Positions 56,780 to 64,000 of a DNA stretch of 64,000 nt are shown in pieces (position 1 is the stretch's first letter; every line of letters starts with the position of its first letter). The DNA is from Clostridia bacterium. GTDB lineage: Bacteria; Bacillota; Clostridia; CAKSNL01; HGM11501. Where the stretch lies: assembly GCA_045545475.1 (NCBI GenBank), contig JAZQAZ010000015.1, forward strand, positions 1 through 64,000, in the 5' to 3' direction. The position numbers and the translations under genes are program-made. The notes beneath the pieces were generated by a model that searched no databases, was not told the origin of the DNA, and worked only from the letters and a program-made list of their open reading frames with translations.

Positions 56780-57646
56780 TTATCTGTAAATGCCCTTTTC
56801 GGGCTCATACATAAAATATCCAACGCCAAAGCCAACGCTTTTGCCGTCTTTAAGATACTTATAAAAGCTCTTCTGAAAGCTTGTCTTAAGGTCTTCTTCC
56901 TTTACATCGTCAAAATTCAATTTGTCGAAAACCCGCCAGTAATCGCAATTGCCGCTATCCTTTTTAAATACAATTTCAAAGCAATCGTAAAACATTTTCA
57001 TATTGCTTCCCTCTTTATAGCAGGAGGCGATTCCCGGATGTATAAGCCAGGATGCACATCTTACAGGCATCGGGCCTGTATATCCGAAAAAGTCATAGGC
57101 TTTTTTAAGGGAATCCATTAAAAGCTCTTCTGTAAGAGGACCGGTTGAAGGAATGTGGCAGTTTAATACAGTATCGCCCTTTTTCACATAGTCCTTAAAA
57201 TCAACGTCCGAAGCCATAGGCTCATACTGAAGTCTCCCCAGACCGTAAATTTTAAGCCAGTAATAAAGGCTCATCCAGTCGGAAACAAAGGTGCCGACGA
57301 TTCCGTAAACCTTCTTGCACTCGTCATTTTTTGTGGACAAATCAAGCACGGAATTGTAATATACATCCTCTGATATTCCCTTTGCCTTGTAGATATAGCG
57401 AAGAGGTCTTGCCGCAAGGAGCAAAAATGCCAGATTTACTGTGTAAATATGTATATTTTTCTCCTCCGAAAGCTGTTTTAATATTTCATTATATTTTCTT
57501 TCACGGCAAAGGAACAAATCGTCAAGCGCACACTTTATATCGTCTCTTGATTCCTTATCTTCTGTTAAAGTGTCGCATACAGAAGAAAGGTAAGCCGAAT
57601 CCTCCTTTGAAAAGCCGATTTTTACTAAAAATTCATACATTTTCAT
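56780..57646 (-). CDS. N-acyltransferase (helical N-domain + GNAT-like C-domain, DUF5596-like)
   Basis: LGRLQYE, LNCHIPSTGPL, CASWLIHP, FYDCF, TSFQK motifs. Confidence 0.65.
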   Translation of the reverse strand: MKMYEFLVKIGFSKEDSAYLSSVCDTLTEDKESRDDIKCALDDLFLCRERKYNEILKQLSEEKNIHIYTVNLAFLLLAARPLRYIYKAKGISEDVYYNSVLDLSTKNDECKKVYGIVGTFVSDWMSLYYWLKIYGLGRLQYEPMASDVDFKDYVKKGDTVLNCHIPSTGPLTEELLMDSLKKAYDFFGYTGPMPVRCASWLIHPGIASCYKEGSNMKMFYDCFEIVFKKDSGNCDYWRVFDKLNFDDVKEEDLKTSFQKSFYKYLKDGKSVGFGVGYFMYEPEKGIYR

Positions 57647-57754
57647 TTCACTTCCTGTAAATATATTGTTACTGTAAATTATAATATTTTAATGGTTAAT
57701 TGTCAAATAATTTAAGCCTTATTACAATCAGAAAATGTACCGGTTTCCAATTAC

Positions 57755-59191
57755 TTATATGCTAAGCTTATCTGCAAATTTCAGTATCTTTTCCGAGTTT
57801 TCAAAAAATTCTTTTTCGCTGTAATGGTCTTCAGAGTTCCAGGTTCTGTCAACGGTCTGGGCAAGATTGAGAATAACTCTTTCTCTCATTCCCTCAAATG
57901 AGCTTCCCCACTGGCAAAGCATACCGCCGAGCACCATTTCCGGAGGCTCCAATTTAAGTCCGTTAAACGCCTTTGATGGCCAAGCCCAATGCTGAAGCTC
58001 GTGAACCTTCCAGTCTTCCCCTGCAACCGTCCACTTAAATTCGTGATTCAAGTCTTTTTCAATCCATTCAGGAACAACATACATAGGCTTCCAGGAGGCA
58101 TTTACCACCTTAAATCCCGCTTCGATAAGTTCGGGGCCTATCTGATAATAATTTTCCCAAGAAATAACTATGCATTCCCTTGAAATTTTTTCTGTTCCCT
58201 CTTTCGGAAATCCTTCCCACACAATGGGCGTTCTTCCCAAAGAAAGACAAATATCAACTATTTTAGCCGTAAAATGCGAGTAAAGCTCCTTTGTTGAGCC
58301 AATGCCGTTTTTCTTCATATACTCTGTGCAAAGTGTGCAGTCTGCCCACTTTTCGTGCTTCGCCTCGTCGCATCCTATGTGGATGTATTTTGAATATTTG
58401 AAAATTTCCGCAATTTCGGAAAGCATTTTTTCTATATTTTCAAAAATGTGAGGTTTTCCTATACACATTATGTTTTCTGTCCATTTTTTCTTGTCAGCCG
58501 GGTTCATAAGTACCTTTGCCGTTTCGCTTTCTTTGAAAAACTCGTTTGCAAATTCATCGGGACAGTTTCTGATTAATTCCGCCGAGTGACCTATTCCCTC
58601 AAACTCCGGGATAAGCTCCACTCCTGCCTCATTGGCATATTCTACAAGATATTCAATTTCTTCCCTCTTATAACTTTTCCCCTTTGTTGCTGCATCAGGG
58701 AAACATTTAAGAGGCAGTGTCCATGCCTTATTATCCATCAGGTGAAGCTGTATGTACTTTACCTTATACAGCCAGCAAATATCCACAAGTGCAATAAGGC
58801 TGTCGAAATCGGTTAATTCCGTCTTTACGTCTTCCATATATGCACGAAAATCCTTGTCGGGCTTATCAACTATCTCTGTATCCCGCAGTTTAAAACCATT
58901 TTCGGCTTTTTCCATAAGCTGAATCATGGTTGCAAGTCCGTATGCCGCCCCCTCTGTATCCGATGCATATACAAAAGCACCATTTATTTTATATTCGTCT
59001 TTATTTAAACTTTCATCATATAAAAGCTTAATTCCCGCATCTCCGCTTTTAAGTCTGACACCGTAAATTTTACGACACATTCTTAAAAAAGTCTTTTTGC
59101 AAAAGGAAAGTCTTTCATCAGATGAAAATTCAGGCGAAATGAAAATTTCTCCCTTTTCTTTTATGCTTTTAACCTTTGGTATAATATTCAT
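57755..59191 (-). CDS. GH20-like beta-N-acetylhexosaminidase, cytoplasmic and divergent
   Basis: MNIIPKVK start, LHLMD, LIPEFEGIGHS, catalytic HIGCDEA pair, GGMLCQW. Confidence 0.8.
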   Translation of the reverse strand: MNIIPKVKSIKEKGEIFISPEFSSDERLSFCKKTFLRMCRKIYGVRLKSGDAGIKLLYDESLNKDEYKINGAFVYASDTEGAAYGLATMIQLMEKAENGFKLRDTEIVDKPDKDFRAYMEDVKTELTDFDSLIALVDICWLYKVKYIQLHLMDNKAWTLPLKCFPDAATKGKSYKREEIEYLVEYANEAGVELIPEFEGIGHSAELIRNCPDEFANEFFKESETAKVLMNPADKKKWTENIMCIGKPHIFENIEKMLSEIAEIFKYSKYIHIGCDEAKHEKWADCTLCTEYMKKNGIGSTKELYSHFTAKIVDICLSLGRTPIVWEGFPKEGTEKISRECIVISWENYYQIGPELIEAGFKVVNASWKPMYVVPEWIEKDLNHEFKWTVAGEDWKVHELQHWAWPSKAFNGLKLEPPEMVLGGMLCQWGSSFEGMRERVILNLAQTVDRTWNSEDHYSEKEFFENSEKILKFADKLSI

Positions 59192-59205
59192 TTAACCTCT
59201 TCCCT

Positions 59206-59955
59206 TCATTCTTTTGCTATTATATCGCAAAGTCTCTTTTCACAGAAGTCCAGAAATTCGCCCCAGCTTTCACCGTCAATAAAGAGGTTTTCTCCGGTGG
59301 TTGCAAGAATCTCCGCCTTGTCCTCCGTATTGTTGTTCCACACGTGGTTTCCGATAAATACATCAACCTTTTTTTCTTTTAATCTTTTAAGTGAGTTAAA
59401 ATAATCCTCTCTGCAGTTATCATAGTCAAACCTTTCTTTCACAAGAGTGTTTGCTCCCGCACCGCCAAAGGTTCCCACCTTGTATGTTATGCCATTTTCT
59501 TCGGTTTCGTAAAAAAGTGAAATTGTACCTTCTGTGTGACCAGGCGTTTCCATAACCTCAATTCTTGTATTGCCGAGGGAGACAACATCTCCATCTTTCA
59601 AAAGAGCATCGGCAATAAAATATTTTTCTGCCTTTTTGGCATCCTTTCTTCCGATAAAGGTTTTAGCTCCCGTAAGATCAGAAAGTGCCGCCGTTGCCTC
59701 GGTATGATCCCCGTGCCAGTGAGTGAGAATGATATATTTTATATCATAAGGTGAAAAGCCAAGCTTGTATATGGAGTTTATCAAAAGAAACAAAGTATCG
59801 CTGTAGCCGACATCAATAAGAATAAGTCCGTCACCGGTGTCAATAAGATGGGCTGAAGCAGGATAAGTTCCGACAAAATAGGTGTTGCCCACAATCTTAA
59901 ATGGCTCCATTTTTCCTTCGTAATGGGCAGCAAAATTCTTCACTTTTCTGTACAT
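59206..59955 (-). CDS. Metallo-beta-lactamase-fold hydrolase, subclass B3-like
   Basis: PFKIVGNTYFVGT, HLIDTGDGLILID, THWHGDH, TPGHTEG, GNH; no signal peptide. Confidence 0.8.
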   Translation of the reverse strand: MYRKVKNFAAHYEGKMEPFKIVGNTYFVGTYPASAHLIDTGDGLILIDVGYSDTLFLLINSIYKLGFSPYDIKYIILTHWHGDHTEATAALSDLTGAKTFIGRKDAKKAEKYFIADALLKDGDVVSLGNTRIEVMETPGHTEGTISLFYETEENGITYKVGTFGGAGANTLVKERFDYDNCREDYFNSLKRLKEKKVDVFIGNHVWNNNTEDKAEILATTGENLFIDGESWGEFLDFCEKRLCDIIAKE

Positions 59956-60137
59956 AAAACACATCTCCTTTTACATATCAAACCCTGTTTAATAAAATCA
60001 TAGCATAAGACTTTTTCCTTGTCAACGTTTTCAAATCGAAAGTTTTTCGAAAACAAAAAATTGTGTAATATATTTGTTTTTTTCGCATTTTTTCGTAATA
60101 TTTCAAAAAGTGTTTTTTGCCTCATATAAAAAAATAT

Positions 60138-60170
60138 AGTGGCTGATGTCTATATCAGCCACTGATTTTT
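60138..60170. terminator. Hairpin terminator after the CE15 gene
   Basis: AGTGGCTGAT-gtctat-ATCAGCCACT flanked by A/T tracts. Confidence 0.7.
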
Positions 60171-60180
60171 ATTCAGTATT

Positions 60181-61314
60181 TTACCATTCAAAGTTCTTCT
60201 CTATCTGAGGATAGGGATTTATTGTAAGATGCTCGCTTAAGGGAAGGCCCTTTCTTACTCTGTCCATAAAGTTTAAAAATTCAATATAATCAGGAAGCTT
60301 ATGGCGATGCTGACCGGGACGGAACCATGCAGCAGCATGATCTTCGCAGCCTAAGTATTTATAGCATTCCTTTACAGCCATAAAGTTCTGCCATGCACCG
60401 ATGGGGTTTATCCAGTAGTCCTGCATACCTTCGCACTGGAGGTAGTATCTCGGTGCAACAAGTGCTCCGAAATAGTGCATATCGTAAGGAAGATCCTCTT
60501 CTCTGTCGCGGTAAGGTGTAAGACCGTCACCCATCCATGTGGGGAAAGCATCAAGCATATCGGCAAGTCGCTCTGTTCTTCTGCCCGCATCACCCTGGTC
60601 TGTTACAACCGCGCGGTAGGAAACTGCACCGTGACAACCGGAGTTATTGGGGCAGGTGTACTTAATTCTTTCGTCTATTACTGCCGCAAGCATAGCGGTT
60701 TTTCCGCCGCGGGAATGGCCTGTTACACCAACCTCTGTTTCGTCAACGAATGAGAGCTTTTCGAATACATCCATACAAACCATATAGCCCCACGCCCAGG
60801 CACCGATATCGGTGAAGCGGACATCGGGATATACTCTGTGAAGTCCGCCCTCGCGGCTTCCCTTAATGTCATTTGCAAGCTCCAGACGGTTAAAGCGCGC
60901 GGCAATATAGCCTCTTCTCATAGCTTCCCATGCAACATCGCTTTCCATATTCTGATAGCAGCCGTCACCCGTTAATACAACGGGATATTTTTCTGTTTCG
61001 CTTAAGGGGGTGTCGCCTCCTCCGGGGCTTACACCGGGAACATAAGGAATGTTTAATTCAAGTGTAAAGGAAACCTGACGTTCCTTTGTTCCCGCATAAA
61101 TCTTGTACCATGTGGGAACATGGTTTCTTGTAAGCGTATTAAGCCGTTCAAATTCAACAACCTCGGGATGGGGCGGAATTTCGCCGTATTCCGTCTCAAC
61201 AATCCTTTTCTTAATGGCTTCTCTTTCCTTTTCCCACTCTGCGGGAGTCATTCTTGTTCCGTCTTCCTTTAAAAACGGATCGGGCATTTTTCCTAAAAAT
61301 GTAATCTGTCTCAT
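60181..61314 (-). CDS. CE15 glucuronoyl-esterase-like hydrolase (second copy)
   Basis: GAWAWG, TGHSRGGKTA, NNSGCHG, LPYDMHY..LVAPR, RPGQH. Confidence 0.85.
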   Translation of the reverse strand: MRQITFLGKMPDPFLKEDGTRMTPAEWEKEREAIKKRIVETEYGEIPPHPEVVEFERLNTLTRNHVPTWYKIYAGTKERQVSFTLELNIPYVPGVSPGGGDTPLSETEKYPVVLTGDGCYQNMESDVAWEAMRRGYIAARFNRLELANDIKGSREGGLHRVYPDVRFTDIGAWAWGYMVCMDVFEKLSFVDETEVGVTGHSRGGKTAMLAAVIDERIKYTCPNNSGCHGAVSYRAVVTDQGDAGRRTERLADMLDAFPTWMGDGLTPYRDREEDLPYDMHYFGALVAPRYYLQCEGMQDYWINPIGAWQNFMAVKECYKYLGCEDHAAAWFRPGQHRHKLPDYIEFLNFMDRVRKGLPLSEHLTINPYPQIEKNFEW

Positions 61315-61327
61315 GCTAACTACTCCT

Positions 61328-61813
61328 TTACTCTTTTATATACTGATAGGCAATCCTGGGACTGCCGTCCTCTACATAAATTATACCGCAGCGCTTAAAG
61401 CCGTTTTTTTCGATTAAATACTGCATTTTTTTATTGTCATTGTGGGTGTCTATGCGAAGATTTGAAAAATCCTCCTTACAGAAATCGCACACCTTTTTCA
61501 TTATTCCCTTGCCGTTTTTACCTGCCCCCACACGGTGAATTGTTTTATAGGGTTCGTCAGAAAGCCATGCACCGTCCTCTATGTAAGCGTAGGTTTTATC
61601 CCTTCCTCCGATATAGGCAAAAACTCCGGTGATTTCGCCATCTTCATCCACAACGTAAAGCTGACCTTTTTCTATATCATCTGTTAAAAGTTCTCTTTTC
61701 GGGTAGCCGCCTGCCCACTGGGTTGGATTTCCCGACTCCCGCATAAAGTTCCTTGCAAACTCGTAAACGGAAAGAATCTCATCAAGCTCTTCCATTTTTG
61801 CTTTTCTTATCAT
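61328..61813 (-). CDS. GNAT family acetyltransferase
   Basis: GNPTQW..GYP, IHRVG, LRIDTHNDNKKMQ..KNGFKRCGII. Confidence 0.88.
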   Translation of the reverse strand: MIRKAKMEELDEILSVYEFARNFMRESGNPTQWAGGYPKRELLTDDIEKGQLYVVDEDGEITGVFAYIGGRDKTYAYIEDGAWLSDEPYKTIHRVGAGKNGKGIMKKVCDFCKEDFSNLRIDTHNDNKKMQYLIEKNGFKRCGIIYVEDGSPRIAYQYIKE

Positions 61814-61916
61814 TGTTCCACCTGCTTTCAATACACCGACAGTATAACATTATCAAATGTCTTTTGCAAGACAAAAACGAAAAATTCTTTGTCTTTATTT
61901 TGTCAAAAGAGTAAAA

Positions 61917-61946
61917 TTTAACGGAGTATTTATGCACTCCGTTAAA
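61917..61946 (-). terminator. Hairpin at the end of the RACo-like gene
   Basis: TTTAACGGAGT...ACTCCGTTAAA overlapping the stop codon. Confidence 0.6.
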
Positions 61947-63441
61947 ACATCATATTTTTAATATATTCTTCTGTGAAAAAACTACTTTCGGCAAGGGAAA
62001 TTGTCACTGCTTTTTTTGAAATTTCATTGGCTTTTTCAAGCATCTCCTCACTTAAAAGAAGCATTGCCGCCCCCATAACGGCACCATTTCCTATGCACTT
62101 TGTTTTTTCCTTTATTCCTTTCGGGAAGAGACCTATCGTTTCAGCCGAATAAAGGTTAAGCGTTTTTCCGAAACCTCCACAAATAACTACACTGCCGATT
62201 TCCAAAGTCTTCACATTTTCAAAATGCAAAAGCGTTTCTATCCCTGAAAAAACGGCACTTTTGGCAAGTTGTATCTGCCTTATATCCTCGGGCGTAATGA
62301 AAACATCTTCGCATATATCAAAAACCTTTTCCATATAGCCGGTTTTATCAACAGTTCCTTTTTTTATAAGACTTGCTACAGCATCTATAATTCCGCTTCC
62401 GCAGATTCCTGCAGGACTTTCATCTCCTATTACATGAAAATCAATTTTTCCGTTTTCAAGCCATACCTTGTCAACAGCACCTTTTCCGCCCTGCACTCCG
62501 CACTTTATTCCCACTCCTTCAAATGCCGGACCTGCCGCAGTTGAACAAACGGTAAGCCTTCCGTCCTTACAAAGCGCCATTTCTCCGTTTGTGCCTATAT
62601 CTGCTAAAAGATGTATCCCTTCTTTATCCGTTATTTCAGACGCTAAGAGTGCACATACCATATCTGCCCCTACAAAGGCCGATATACACGGCGGAATGTA
62701 AATTTCAGCATCTCCCCTTAAGGCGGAGATCCCCACCTCATATGCCGTAAGTATATTTCCGAAAAGCCGCTTTGTGGTAAAAGGGGCACAAGATAGCGGT
62801 GTTGTATCGGTATTGGTGAGCAGATGAAGCATTACCGTATTTCCGGTTATTACCGCCCTGTCAATATATCCCGGATTGATTTCAGCATGCTTTGCCATAT
62901 CAAGTATCAGGCTTGTTATATCCTCTCTCACAAGAGCAGAAAGAATCTTTCCCTTTCCTGAAAGCTGTGCTTCAATTCTGCTTACCACATCATAGCCAAA
63001 CCTTTTCTGGGAGTTTAATCGGCTGCTTTCTGAAAGCAAAGCTCCCTTTGAATCATAGAGTCTTGCACAAACGGTGGTGGTTCCTATGTCAATTGCTACG
63101 CCATAACGTGAAAAAACAGGATTAATGGTTATTGCCGGCAAAATTCCGTCTGATATTATTACATTTTCCGAAATGCCTTCAAAAATGCGTATCTCTCCGT
63201 CTCCAAAAGCTTTAAGACAACAGGCAAGACGAATTCCTTTTTCAAGCTCACTTTTCGTAAGCAGACTTAATTCATCCGCCGTTGGAGGATTAAAACATCC
63301 TTTGGCATACACTTTACATTTACCACACTTTCCGTGACCGCCACAGGGCATTGAAGATTTTTTTGTATTTTTCAAAATTTCTTTTACATTAAGGTTTTCT
63401 TCAAACTCAAAAGTGACATCTTCTATTTTGAGAATCGGCAA
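61942..63441 (-). CDS. ASKHA-domain / 2Fe-2S reductive activator of corrinoid proteins (RACo, DUF4445)
   Basis: CGGHGKCGKC..RLAC, IDIGTTT, DIGTNGE, AAGPAFEG, GICGSG; TTG start after AGGAGG. Confidence 0.88.
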   Translation of the reverse strand: MPILKIEDVTFEFEENLNVKEILKNTKKSSMPCGGHGKCGKCKVYAKGCFNPPTADELSLLTKSELEKGIRLACCLKAFGDGEIRIFEGISENVIISDGILPAITINPVFSRYGVAIDIGTTTVCARLYDSKGALLSESSRLNSQKRFGYDVVSRIEAQLSGKGKILSALVREDITSLILDMAKHAEINPGYIDRAVITGNTVMLHLLTNTDTTPLSCAPFTTKRLFGNILTAYEVGISALRGDAEIYIPPCISAFVGADMVCALLASEITDKEGIHLLADIGTNGEMALCKDGRLTVCSTAAGPAFEGVGIKCGVQGGKGAVDKVWLENGKIDFHVIGDESPAGICGSGIIDAVASLIKKGTVDKTGYMEKVFDICEDVFITPEDIRQIQLAKSAVFSGIETLLHFENVKTLEIGSVVICGGFGKTLNLYSAETIGLFPKGIKEKTKCIGNGAVMGAAMLLLSEEMLEKANEISKKAVTISLAESSFFTEEYIKNMMF

Positions 63442-63494
63442 AGCACACACCTCCTTTCTAATATTTTAACATACAATCTCTTTTTAGTAAACAA

Positions 63495-63524
63495 AAAGTT
63501 GCCACGCATCTTCGTGGCAACTTT
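63495..63524 (-). terminator. Terminator after the fourth discoidin/stalk gene
   Basis: AAAGTTGCCACG-catctt-CGTGGCAACTTT. Confidence 0.85.
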
Positions 63525-63527
63525 AAG

Positions 63528-64000
63528 TCATTCTGCTATTTTGCTTTCAATTGTAATTTCCCTTGTTTCACCGTTCCATGAAACGTTATAGCCAAGATGT
63601 TCAGATACGAATCTTAAGGGAATGAAGGTTCTTCCGTCCTTAATTCTCGGATACTGCGGAAGGGTGTATCTTACCGTTCCGTACTTGGTGCCTTCAATGG
63701 TTACGAGGTTGTTCCATATCTGGATATGGATAACCTTACCGTCCTTTTTAATTGTAACTTTCTGCTCTTCACCTTCCCATAAAACTTCAGCTCCCATTTC
63801 CTCCAAGAGTCCTCTTAAAGGAATCATTGTGCTTCCGCTTACGATGTATGGTGCAACGTCGGTTGTAACCGTTTTTTCACTGCCGTTTTTCTTAACGTAA
63901 ATTTCATTTTTGTCAACGGTTAATACGTATTTTTCCTGAGCTTTTAAAAGTCTTTCTTCTTTGTCTTTTCTGGTTTCGTAAATTTCAAGCTCTGCGCACG
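63528..64000 (-). CDS. 3' end of a fourth discoidin + stalk-domain protein (partial, runs off the window)
   Basis: Frame is open to the window edge: CAELEIYE (end of a discoidin unit)..EKYVLTVD..DVAPYIVSGSTMIPLRGLLEEMGA..RTFIPLRFVSEHLGY. Confidence 0.88.
   Translation of the reverse strand, partial: CAELEIYETRKDKEERLLKAQEKYVLTVDKNEIYVKKNGSEKTVTTDVAPYIVSGSTMIPLRGLLEEMGAEVLWEGEEQKVTIKKDGKVIHIQIWNNLVTIEGTKYGTVRYTLPQYPRIKDGRTFIPLRFVSEHLGYNVSWNGETREITIESKIAE

Noticed and set aside
1-64000. CRISPR array, tRNA/rRNA, prophage or intact transposase/integrase
   Set aside because: No regularly spaced short repeats, cloverleaf/rRNA signatures or corresponding protein motifs were seen, and the intergenic gaps are short.

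Overview
Chromosomal window from a spore-forming clostridial Firmicute (spoVFA/B, sigma-A promoters, strong Shine-Dalgarno sites), with almost all genes on the minus strand. Positions 1-25.6 kb are mostly housekeeping: a long hisS-aspS-Gld-type ABC-DUF512-der-plsY-gpsA-nucleotidyltransferase-hexosamine kinase run, spoVFAB, gdhA-nfnAB, a PotD-like lipoprotein, rsmE and exoA. Positions 25.6-64 kb form an accessory glycan-utilisation region. It is dominated by a repeated two-gene module (three complete copies plus the end of a probable fourth). Each module encodes a secreted CBM6-like/GH99-GH71-like TIM-barrel protein followed by a secreted non-catalytic protein with 3, 4 or 5 discoidin (F5/8C, CBM32-like) domains, and both partners end in class-specific copper-amine-oxidase-N-terminal ('stalk') domains. 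Between the modules lie cytoplasmic enzymes of poorly known specificity (BNR/sialidase-like, GH28-like, GH20-like, two CE15, DUF4838, tandem creatininase paralogs, an N-acyltransferase) and two AraC regulators. An AT-richer insert at about 41.3-43.8 kb carries an IS200-like end remnant, a beta-helix surface protein and an unrecognised, highly structured 5' leader RNA with a candidate pseudoknot and tandem terminators. No rRNA, tRNA, CRISPR array, prophage or intact transposase was seen. All family calls come from motif recognition by eye, not database searches.
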